Source: Catajapyx aquilonaris
Lineage: Eukaryota
Assembly: GCA_000934665.2 (NCBI GenBank)
Contig: KZ538325.1
Coordinates: 62,001 to 82,928, forward strand
DNA length: 20,928 bases
Direction of reading: 5' to 3'
In this document: positions 10,545 to 20,928 of the stretch, piece after piece
Position numbering within the stretch: the stretch's first letter is position 1
How the letters are laid out: the number at the start of each line of letters is the position of its first letter
The notes under the pieces: generated by a model
Seen by the model: the letters and a program-made list of their open reading frames with translations, nothing else
What the model was told of the DNA's origin: nothing
Database searches by the model: none
Program-made: the position numbers and the translations under genes

Positions 10545-11941
10545 ATGATGTTGCTGTTTCGAAGAAATGTTCTTTTACCATGCGCAATTATGGTTTTGAT
10601 ATGTCTTTTCCTGCGACTTGACACAGATTGTCCAATTCAAGGTGTGTGAAACGGTTTAATATTTCACAGTTATAATATTAGTAGTTATACAGGGTGTTAT
10701 TATTAATTACTGACGTTAAAAACATTTGGCATTGTCAGGGTAATAATAATGGTACGTGTTACGTTTGACTAAGGATTTGTTCTACAGTCATTCCCAGAGG
10801 CCTCAGTACGACTGTTTTCCGCATGTCAAAAGATATGAAGACAGAGTATAATCAGCTGACTACAAGGTATTGTACGAGACCTACGACTTGAAATTAACAT
10901 ATATTTATGCACAATTATTCCAACAGGGACATGCGTCGTTATGTCAGACCACAAGAAAGGACTGCTTTTATCGAGCCACGTAACATGTGCGGGAATGATC
11001 CGGTGTTTCTTCTGGTGACAATTCCTTCCAAGCCTTCACACTTCAAAGCCAGAAAAGCTATCAGGTCTACATGGGGACGACACTTAATAGCCATGCGGCT
11101 GGATGTCCGATTATTTTTTGCATTAGGAGTTCCCAGTGATCATCGCTTACTAGTAAGTAAAATGGAGATATTACAGGGTACAGAATTTTAGTAGTAATAT
11201 TTCAGTTCCAGATATTTAATGAAGTTGAGGATTATGGAGATATTTTGCTAGATGCCTTTTGCGACAGCTACTTTAACATGACAATCAAAGCTGTGGCAAC
11301 TCTAAAATGGATTGTCAGTCGTTGTCCTCAAGCTGAATTTATTTTTAAACTTGACGACGATAGTTTTGTGCATCCTGCCAACCTGTTCAGCTTGCTTTCA
11401 AACTACACAAATGTGAGAGCATTTTAATTGCATACCAGGTGGTATGCACACTTGCACAGAGGTAGCAATAACAACTTTACTATTTAAATCTCTTTAGAAC
11501 TACATGACCAACTTCCCTGAAGGTACGGCATCCCATGCAGAGAGAGGGTACATTCTGACCGGATATATGTTCAATAACTCTATTCCAGTCAGAAATCCAA
11601 AATCCAAGTGGTACATCCCAAATTATATTTTTTCGGGTAACATGTACCCACCTTACTTTTTCGGATCTGCTGTTTTGTTCTCTGGATGGTTGGCACCCAT
11701 GCTATATGAAGAATCGTTGAAAACGCCGTTCATCCACATCGATGATGCTTTTTTAACTGGCATAGTAGCCGGAGAGCGACTGGGCTTAACTTTGCACCAT
11801 GAATCTCGTTTTAGCGTCTATCGTACTTGTGATCTAAATCAAGTCATTCAAGAGCATGGGTTTTCCTCTGATGTATTAGCTAGTGTATGGAATAATTCAT
11901 CAGAGGTTGGAAAGAAACTAACATTCAAAAATATTTGCTAA
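10545..11941 (+). CDS. Beta-1,3-galactosyltransferase-like (GT31 family) type II membrane protein, 5 exons, ~350 aa
   Basis: Exons: 10545-10641 (MMLLFRRNVLLPCAIMVLICLFLR signal anchor), 10788-10866, 10927-11152 (FLLVTIPS...ARKAIRSTWG), 11206-11412 (DSYFNMTIK, FIFKLDDD DxD motif), 11498-11941 (RNPKSKWYIP, YPPY, DDAFLTG, stop TAA). Phases are consistent; total 1053 nt. The subfamily cannot be assigned from sequence alone. Confidence 0.88.
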
Positions 11942-13172
11942 GGCAGACTTTCCTGTAGTTTCTTCGTGCATAATTGATGTTGTTACAGTCATGTAAATGT
12001 GAGTCTTCCTTTGATGTACGTAAGTGTTAGTTGCGGTTTAATTTATAATGAGCCACTTGTGTTGGGAATGTTATAATGCCTGTGAAGTTAAGTAAGGTAT
12101 AATGTCATTAAATGGGAAATTATATAATTATGAAACAAGCTTTTAGACCTTTGAAACAATTAATGACTTTTTTTCTAGTGGGAATCGTAGACTCTGGGAA
12201 GTGAACAGGTTTAAATAATGTACGTACAACAGTTGAATCATGGCACATATTTATTTTTTACAACAAAAGCTAGAAAACAATTTTGAAAATATTGCTTTGA
12301 GGACATATCTTCAGATGCTAAATTTACAGAGGTATAATTTATTTTAATACAGTATGCTAAATGGTAATTACCAAGAAATAGGTAGCTATGTAACATAAGT
12401 GCTTGAAATGTGATGTGATATCCATCAGTCATTACATAATGAGAAAAATGATCATGAAAAATTAGTCTTTGGCAATGAGATAAATAATTAGGTAGTATCG
12501 TAAGTCTTGCATGACAATTTACATGGCACAAGTAACAACATGCACATATTATCAAATATTGTCACAACACTCTTCATGACATGCTTCCAAAGTATTGCAT
12601 AACATGTGCATATACCCATGCTTGGAGGTAATAAGTAATAACATTAATGTTTATTTACACTGTTTTCGGTGAACAATTTGCCAAGCACAGGAAAAATATA
12701 CAATTATTTGGAACAATACTGAAATGCAAGGTATACGGTACAAAGGCCATTGGAGGAGAAGCCAACTTGTTCACAGGAGAAAAATGTGTAAATGAAGTAA
12801 CTCTTTTCCTAACTGATACTGTTCATTTTTGTTTAATGCAAAGTTGCATCACACACTTATAAGTCCAAATCGATTGAAGTGAAAAACTACTGTGCCATAT
12901 TTATACTCCAAAATGATCAAGTTGACATTATACTCTATTCATCACCAAATGCATAGCAAAATGTGCATACATAAGACGGACTATTTCAAATGTTACATAT
13001 AAAAATTAAGAATCCTGAGGTGAAAATAAGCCGTAATCACTCAGACAAGCAATAGGGAATTAATACTGGCATTATAATCACAAAACAATCCTGTCCATCC
13101 CAGAAATGGGTAGCTTTACAGGTCATTAACAAGACAAGTTATGGCAAAGTTCACCAGCAGTCATTTCCAAAA

Positions 13173-16100
13173 TCAGTGAAGCTGGTCTTTGCAAAAGCAG
13201 TATTTCCGAATTTCAAGATTAGTCTCCTGGACGCAGTGTGGCTGGGACCCGTATTTATTCACACGACTGACGTCAGATGCTTTCATCTCGTATGTCTTGG
13301 CTTCCACATTGTACTTGATTGAGGCCTCAAAATGTGCATCCCCTGGCTCAGTGTGAACATGAACCTGGTAGATCTCTTCTGTGACACTTGTATCGTCAGT
13401 CAAGTCAGGCACCATTCCATCCATGTCAGCACTCTTCTTAAATTTGAGCAAGCCTGGAATATGAGCAAGGTTTAGAAGTGCCATGCAGGAGTTTGCAGCT
13501 GCAACATACCACTGTTGGGAATAAGTTTTCCAGACCAAACTATTTTCGAAAGGCTGAGGCGGGCACACTTGTCTCGATCAGAAGCTGTAAAATCATTGAG
13601 GTATTCCACCACCGCATGAGCAGCCTCTTCAACCTTCTTGTCCGTTACAGGCAGCTCCTCCCAGTTCAGGCAAGAGCACCAGTGTGCCTCAATGTCTGCG
13701 TCCATGCATGTGCGCTCCAGGGGTATCTATAAAGCACAAGCATATAATTACTCTGCATTGTTACATTGCATAACAGTGGCACATCATACCTCTTGAAATA
13801 AACTGATGGAGCGATTTTGGATGGTGGCAGGTTTGTTCTTGAAGTCTAGAACATCACTCAGGGTGGCATAGATATCAAATGGGGTTGTCAGCCTCTTTGA
13901 ATTTTTCCTGTAAAAGGCAAGCTAGATACTGTCTTTGCTCTCATAGAGTGTCGAGTACTCACTGGAAATTCCGGTATGCTTCTGGATGCACTTTGCTAAA
14001 CCACGGTGGCAGGACAAAGCTGAAAAAGGGAAGCCTCTCTTCTTGTTTTCCCTGCTGAGTTTCACGTACATTGGCAAATCTGCATAGGGATGTTAATTTT
14101 GCCTTTAAAATTTCTGCCAACAGCCCACTCCACTTTCATTACCTTAAGCCATGATCACTCATTATGATAAGCATTGTGTTGTTGAGGAAATTCCACCTGT
14201 GCAAATCATTCACCATCTCAAGCATATCCTCATCCACAACTTCTACAAGATTAGGATCATCATGAGACAGCTCGCCATGGAATCCAAACATGAACTTCGG
14301 CTTGTATTTGTAAACTTTGAAAAAATTCCTCACGTAATTCATAAAATTCTGAAAATAAATAATAATGCATTGTACACTGTAATGAGATATAAGCATAATA
14401 ATTAACAACTTCTTAAGCTTTCATGTAACAAACCTTATGCCTGGGTGTACCTCTCAGACAATACTTCTTGTGGGCTGGGTATTCTGGCAAGGCGGCTATG
14501 TAAAATGGGCGCATGTAGTGGTCAGTCGGAGCCTCCTTGAACCCCTTCAGCCTGTATGTGAATGTGCCAAAATTTGGGCAGTCCTCCATGTATGCTGCAG
14601 GAAAGTGGGATTCAGTTTGTCAGAAGTACAAATTAGTGACTAAATCAAAGCTCACCAGTGACATATCCATGTTTTTTGTAGTCATTCCAAATCCAGGGGA
14701 AAATATTAACATAGGATGCTTTTTTGCCCATTCTCCTCCGTGTTTCCGGTAACTCAAGTTCAGTCTTACCTGCAAAGAAACAGTGTCAGCAGATGTGGTA
14801 GCATTTTTGCAAGATAACCTATATAATTGTCAGTACCAGTCAGTATGGGAATGAGAGCTTGCGGAGTACCGTCACCCACAATGTTGTAGCCTTCTAAAAC
14901 AATAGCCTTCAGATGATCCACCAGGTACTTGTAAGTTTTAGGCAGCTTTCGCATGAAGTGCAGCCTTGATAATGAGTCGAACCCAAACATGAGAACGTTC
15001 AGCCGTAAGGAATTGTCTGGCACTACACCCCAGTCACTGGCCTGGTGTATGCTTACATCATTATGTATACCAGACATAATGTTTCTCCAACTACAAATGG
15101 GAAGTGGTGTTACAGAAGCCAGCAAATTGCAATCACTCCAGACACTTACATGTAGTTGTCTGACCCCTTGCATTTGACTCTCACAAAATCACTATTTCTA
15201 AGCTCATACTCTGTGTGTGTACTAGTCGCTAATCCATTCCTGTTGAGTTCATCATGGACCCTTATTATATCTGCAAGTAAAATATAAGAACTTGCACAAT
15301 GCTAGAAAAATTCAACTATGTATTCTACAGTATAGTGGCATATGAATTTTTGTAATTTAATGCATTAATTAATGAGCTGTCATTTTTCTGCACCATTCCA
15401 ACCACCACACTTACATTTAAAATTCTATTTCAATTTTTAACTGATAGTAATGAAATCATATTTGCTGTTTTGCACAAATGCATATAAGCTACAAGCGCTT
15501 TTTACAATGCAGATCATTACAAACCTGTGAAAGAGCACTCAACGTCGCCATGCCTCTGAAGCGCATCGTCAGTGATCCTGGCAATTGACCCTGTGATTTC
15601 AACCCAGTCTTGTTCGGGGTCACACTCAATTGGTGTGACATGTTTAAAGTACCTCTCCAAATCTTTGTTAGCTAGTTCCAGTTTTGGGTGCATACACAGC
15701 TGTTCTCCTGGCCTGAAGAAACACAACAGGCCATCACATTACATAAAACCTTGGCTGATAAAACATGCATATCCCCTCAATATAAATACCTTGATTATGT
15801 GCAACACTTACATGTTTGGCATTCCTTTGCTGCAGTGCATAGGAAATGTTGGGTCAGTTTATGTGCACCAAAATTACTGCAACTCGTGCATAGCAAGGCA
15901 AAAGTAAGGATTTGGAATAACAAAAAAAAGATTCCTCAGGAACTGCAACCTTTATTATTTGCAAACCTTCACAAGCAATTTAAAGTACCACTGAAAATAA
16001 GACCACCACCATAATCATGCAAAACTAGGACAATCAATAGACCACAACAGAAATAAAGACCTCTGATCACTTGTTAATTCCTACTTAAAAACCCATAAGC

Positions 16101-17510
16101 ATGTTATTATGTCTACAACAATGCTGTACACGTTGACTAAGGGTCAGTTGTATGAACACAAATTAAACACCAGAAAATAATTGGCATTAAAAATGGCAGC
16201 TTTCCTGAATTTCTTGCATAGTCGGGTTCACATGACCAGCCTTTAGGGCTGGCTGTATACTATGAAAGAAAATTATGGAAATTGCTGATTATTATGTATT
16301 CACAATACATAATCTAACATTTTTCTTAATTTGAGTTGATACAACTAGGTCCTAAAACTTGCAACAGATAAATGTAACTATGAAAAATATACCTTCATAA
16401 AAACATTGACAGAAAATCTTTACATTTACATACTACTCACATCAAACGGTATCAATACCGGTTTTTGAAAGTAAAATAATTTGTACAACATGTCAGTCCC
16501 TATTACAGTAATTAACAATCCACTAGCTGACAACGTACTTAACAACAGGTTCAGCTTTATACTTGACCAGATGGTTCTCAATGTCAGACCTATTAAGACA
16601 TATGGAGTGGAACAGCGCATAAAATTACTGCAACTGAAAATATACTGCCGGAAAGAGGGGGGGAAAAAATTCTATGAAAGTCATTCGTCACTGGGAATGA
16701 TTGACAAAATTGCTAGAACAAGAGGCCAAGACATGTGGTTAATTTTGTGCATTCATAGATCAATGGACAATGTATTGCGTGTCCCCAAGTTACATTTCTT
16801 TCATCGATAATTGTCGGGGGCAAATTTTTTTAGGGAACACATAGGCAACGATAACGTGAAATTATCTGAGAGTTTAGACATGAGTCCTTTCTGTGTGCTT
16901 CCATCATACATGGGCATGCAGTGAAAGAAGGAAAATTGAAGATGGTGGTTGTCATCAACCTCCTTATGCAGCAGGAAACTGCAGTGTACACAAACATTAT
17001 CATCTCAACTTCCAGATAACAGCTCAAGGTGAAGAATACCCTATTCCCCATCAGATCCTTTTCAAGGCTTGTTTACCAACAGATAACAGCCACCCATTAA
17101 TTCCAGTATTTGTCTCCACTGTGTTTGAGAGACTGAAGCACTGTGGATACCCGCATTATTAGCAAAACCCGGCCATTGTGCACAGTCATATGGACATAAT
17201 CTGAAAAAGTTAATCCTTTCATTATCGCTACAGTATTTTCCCAAGCAATACAAAATTTGGCCACCATCACTACAATATCATGCATTGTAAGCACCATCTT
17301 GTGCTGATATGCAGCATTGATAAACTTGAAAAGGACAACAAAGCCACGCACTCCACACTTCTCATGCTGCCCTTACCGAATCTGTTTGAATTTCATAGCA
17401 AAGTCGACCTTGCTCCCACCCAAATGGGTTTGCAGCAAATGGAAAACCATGTACACGATGCTGCCAGCCCCTACAATCTGCAGGAACCGGCGAATGGGCA
17501 ACAACCTCAT
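13173..17510 (-). CDS. DUF229-family protein (alkaline phosphatase/sulfatase-like fold, type II membrane), 11 exons, ~636 aa
   Basis: Exons in transcript order: 17510-17377 (MRLLPIRRFLQIVGAGSIVYMVFHLL signal anchor), 15712-15525, 15270-15150, 15090-14837 (NVLMFGFDSLSRLHFMRKLPKT...GYNIVGDGTPQALIPILTG), 14769-14656, 14594-14434 (GFKEAPTDHYMRPF), 14348-14143 (ELSHDD...IIMSDHGLR), 14079-13963 (GKQEERLPF), 13907-13790 (RLTTPFDIYATL), 13726-13510 (IPLERTC...HWCSC), 13453-13173 (SRVNKYGSQPHC...KYCFC, stop TGA). Phases are consistent; total 1911 nt. Assignment of exon 1 is less certain than the rest. Confidence 0.88.
15812..15829 (-). other. Candidate 18-nt frame-preserving microexon in DUF229 intron 1
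   Basis: Minus strand reads ...ctgacccaacatttcctatgcactgcag|CAAAGGAATGCCAAACAT|gtaagt. Phase 2/2 matches the flanking exons. Confidence 0.5.
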
Positions 17511-18139
17511 CCTGCCGCAGCTTCTGCTTCCAGTTTCACTTGGAAGTGGCCCTCCTCCGCTCCCTCATCTTCTAAAACCCCTGCGGAGAAGACATGCCGT
17601 GAAACGCACTAAGCGGCGGACCCCATCAGCAAGAAATAATGACAGGGTTCCTCCAGAGCACAATGAATCGACCAAAATGCCAGGGAAGCATGCAATATTG
17701 ATGAAGGCCCCCCTCCCTGCCTGCAACCCATCGACACCCCTAGAGAAACAACACCTCCTCCACTCCCTTGTGCTCTCTCCATTTCTCTAGTAAAATACGT
17801 GACAATCCAGCCTGTCAGACCGGGCCCGATCCAGTGTGACATTAGGACAGGAACTGACGCTGTATACCCGCAGTGTGACCCTCTGCGATCTGGTCAGCTT
17901 TCCCCAGCTGATACTCGGCTCCATCTTATGACGTGTTGCCAACAGAACTGCTTGTGGCAACATTGGGATAGCAGCGATAACCGCGATTTTGAATAACGGC
18001 TAGTTTTGCAAGGTAGTTGCTATGCGACATCCGGCTGTTTCTTTTCAACAAGCTTCGGCGAAGAAGTCGGACAAGCAGAACAGGTGGTCCTGCGGTCATC
18101 ACCTGGTGACCGTACACACGAGGAGAGGACAAGGGCAAG
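17511..18139. promoter_or_regulatory. Putative bidirectional promoter and 5' UTRs between the DUF229 gene and beta-carbonic anhydrase
   Basis: 629 bp between divergent ATGs, GC-richer than the flanking introns. An acceptor-like ttctccgcag on the minus strand ending at 17581 suggests a 5' UTR intron. Confidence 0.55.
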
Positions 18140-20301
18140 ATGGAGAGGATAATGAAGGGGGTCATGCGGTACATCAAGCACGTCAAGCCGGGTCTGGAGG
18201 ATGAGTTCCACCTCGTCAGGAACATGCCTTGCGTGAGTTGCACTGTTGTACACCTACAGTATTGTTGGGCCATCGATTGGTCGTGGATCAATCACATTGC
18301 GTGATTGGGATCACCCTCAGAGAGTGGGGGCTCATTTACAGGATTGGATTGCGGGGGAGGTCGCATCGACTGCTGGTTGTACCGCATATGCAGGGAGCAT
18401 GTGGCCATGTGGAGGGTTTTTTAAGCGGTGGTTTTTGGATCAACCTGTGGCGTTTGCATGATCAGGGTGCGTGATGGGCAATTGGATTTCTCGAGGGGAT
18501 GTTGAAGTAATTCGGGTGATGGCCCTGCAGGACTGCATGCCAATAAAGTGGTTCCGCCACTTTAAAACTCATACGGAAGAATTAGAGCAATGAATAGGAT
18601 TGTGTCACTTGGATAGAGGAAGCACCGTGTGTGACAACGCTAAGCGCACAGTCCAAACTCTTCGGCGTATTACAGGGTGTCAAGGTCATCTCCAACAATT
18701 GTGCAATAAAGCATGCTTCAAAAATTAAGCTGCCCCACACTATGATTTGCAAAGTCTGATGTTGCTCGATTGAAATACACATGAATTTCTTTTAGTTTAA
18801 CATGCATTTTTCCCCCCCCGGAATATGGTGATGAATCAATGCAGACACTTCTTTAATAATTATTATCATGCAATTCATTTGTAATCATTTTTGCTCTGGT
18901 AATCCTCACTGCTGTTTTTCTGGATTGCAAAACCTTTTATTATTTTATTTGATCTATTTTACCATTCACTGCACAAATTCACAATTTTAATCACAATTAT
19001 TGGAAGCTGCAACTGTCAATGGCTTTATTTGCTGTGAAATGAAACTCCACTTTTAGAGAAAATCTAGTATTTCCAATGGATTCCTTCACCGAGTTTGGTA
19101 ATTTCAAAGGTGATTTTCCATTACAGGAATTAGCTGAAGTTTGAGAAGCCCTTTAGATATTTTTCAAGCAGGAAACCTGAAAGAAACAAACTTTATTTGC
19201 AATTTGCTCACTGTTCAGTTTGTCCACAAGTTGCTACACATTTATTTTACTTTGCTGTCACCTTTGAGAAATAAGGTGACACAATTGCATGTGCAGGGAG
19301 TTGACTTTTTGTTGCTGGTCCTTGCAGCCCCGAGCTATTTTCTTCACCTGTATGGACAGTCGCATGCTGCCCACACGATTCACACAGGCTCATGTGGGGG
19401 ACATGTTTGTGGGTGAGTGACAATAAAATGTGGAGTTATTGCCTTTGTTGCTCTGTTACATGTATCTTTGCAATGAATAATAGCCATGCCGACAATGAGA
19501 AATGTTTCCTGTTTTTGTTTCAGTACGCAATGCTGGCAACGTATTACCTCACTCGTCCCTATGCACCCCTGAGTCATGTCCAGCTGAGGCCGCTGCTCTG
19601 GAGTTTGCCTGCACCATGAATGACACTAATCACATCATAGTATGTGGTCATAGTGACTGCAAGGTAATGGTGTTTTGTGTTGCTATTACACTTTTTGCCT
19701 CAAACCTCTGCTAATCCTGTGGGTGAAGGACAAGGGTCCAAAAGCATCATTGTCGTAGAGTAATGAATTGCCTTGCTTTTCTAGGCCATGAATTTTGTTT
19801 ACAATATGCATAAATTGGATCAAAGCGAGAAGCTGAGCGTTGACATGTCGCCTCTGAGGATCTGGCTCCAGCGTCATGGGCGTGCAACTTGGAAGAGGTA
19901 TGAAACATTGGATGCTCGAGGATTCAACACGCCCTTGACCTTCATTGGTGACAATCCATCATCAAATTTTGTGGCCTACATTGACCCAGAGAACAAGTTT
20001 CAAAATGAGGATAAGTTGTCTCAGGTTAGAAGATTGCACAACAGCAATTAGTCAAGTGTGAAGAAAATTGATTCCTGTCTTTTATTTTCAGATAAATGTG
20101 TTGCAGCAGTTACAAAACATATCAAGCTATGGGTTCTTGAGGGGGCACTTGCGGGGCAGGAAGCTCCATGTCCATGCTTTATGGTTTGACATCTATAAAG
20201 GCGATGTGTATTACTTCAGTAGACGAGAGAAATCATTTGTTATGGTGACTCAGGACAATTTCAGAGATCTTCTTACTGAAGTAAGAATGTTCTACTCATG
20301 A
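18140..20301 (+). CDS. CAHbeta: Beta-class carbonic anhydrase (metazoan type), 5 exons, ~255 aa
   Basis: Exons: 18140-18232 (MERIMKGVMRY...), 19328-19412 (PRAIFFTCMDSRMLPTRFTQAHVGDMFV), 19524-19663 (VRNAGN...IIVCGHSDCK), 19785-20024 (AMN...EDKLSQ), 20092-20301 (INVLQQLQNISSYGFL...HALWFDIYKGD...VRMFYS, stop). The CxDxR and HxxC zinc motifs are intact; total 768 nt. Confidence 0.94.
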
Positions 20302-20657
20302 AATCAGGTGAGCCAGGTACGGTACTCTCTATGTGATTAGTTATTACCCAGAAGTGTTTTCTGCAACAGGTATTTCAAGTGAATAGTTGGGTTTTTGAAA
20401 ATGTTTATTTTTTATATCCATGTGCATTTAGTACATTAAATAAGACTTTTTATTTATGTACTCCTTGCAGTAGTCACTGCTAATCAGTAAGGCTCTACAT
20501 GATAATATTGAATGAGCAAAAAGTAGGAATGTAGCATCAAGAATGGTCCTGGGAAACTTCTCAGCAGCAAACATTGTCCAAATAATATCAACTGACCCAC
20601 AAAGTGTGTATTTGAAATATTAACAGATTTGATCTCTTTTTGCAGCAACATATAAAT

Positions 20658-20927
20658 TTAGGACTTAAGAGGGCCGGGTACCTGGCGTTCGCGCCACTTT
20701 TCAGGCAAAGCGAGGAGAAAAACGGGTGCGGATTCATCGTCTTCGTTCGACATATCCTCGCTCCTATGGGAGGTACGGACATGCTGTTTTTTGCGTTGCA
20801 CGGAGGGATGACCGGCGCTGCCTCCGGTCTTGGTCCGGATCGGCCCACAAACACCGCATCTGGGATGGGAAACGCATTTGCCACAGGGGCGTCGAGTCGG
20901 AGGACGAAATTCAAAAAAGGAGCTTGT
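20658..20927 (-). CDS. Probable 3'-terminal coding exon of an unidentified gene extending beyond the window
   Basis: GC-rich segment with a frame open from the window edge: TSSFFEFRPPTRRPCGKCVSHPRCGVCGP...SEDMSNEDDESAPVFLLALPEKWRERQVPGPLKS, then TAA. A second frame (stop at 20588) is also open. Minus-strand AATAAA signals lie at 20449-20454 and 20404-20409. No homology was recognised. Confidence 0.35.
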   Translation of the reverse strand, partial: TSSFFEFRPPTRRPCGKCVSHPRCGVCGPIRTKTGGSAGHPSVQRKKQHVRTSHRSEDMSNEDDESAPVFLLALPEKWRERQVPGPLKS

Positions 20928-20928
20928 A

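Noticed and set aside
10686..10750. TA-CAGGGTG Tc1/mariner-like terminus (also near 18670) with an AT-rich hairpin
   Set aside because: No matching opposite terminus or transposase was found; too short to call.
15860..16070. Hydrophobic short frames as an alternative DUF229 first exon
   Set aside because: They need weak splice sites and a very short intron; the 17510-17377 exon fits better in phase and composition.
16426..17996. Multiple 60-157 aa ORFs suggesting a nested gene or transposase
   Set aside because: No recognisable domains; explained by DUF229 intron 1, the antisense of its exon 1 and a GC-rich promoter region.
19391..19412. Apparent frameshift in beta-CA at HVG-DMFV
   Set aside because: Counting the G run (CAT GTG GGG GAC ATG) shows the frame is intact.

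Overview
This is eukaryotic genomic DNA from an invertebrate animal, possibly an arthropod. It is gene-dense and most introns are short GT-AG introns of about 50-70 nt, so the ORF track fragments the genes. Five multi-exon genes could be spliced by hand with consistent reading frames: BHMT (minus, 8 exons, ~401 aa), mitochondrial DMGDH (plus, 15 exons, ~853 aa), a GT31 beta-1,3-galactosyltransferase-like gene (plus, 5 exons, ~350 aa), a DUF229 alkaline-phosphatase-fold type II membrane protein (minus, 11 exons plus a candidate 18-nt microexon, ~636 aa) and a beta-class carbonic anhydrase (plus, 5 exons, ~255 aa). A probable last exon of a sixth gene lies at the right edge. The main finding is that BHMT and DMGDH, consecutive enzymes of betaine catabolism, sit head-to-head ~760 bp apart. 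This echoes the vertebrate DMGDH-BHMT2-BHMT locus, but a poly-G-flanked N gap lies between the two genes. Other points of interest are a second head-to-head pair (DUF229/beta-CA), the microexon, an apparently shifted BHMT intron, a perfect 26-bp intronic palindrome and a 32-bp tandem repeat. All product calls come from motif recognition; no database search was run.
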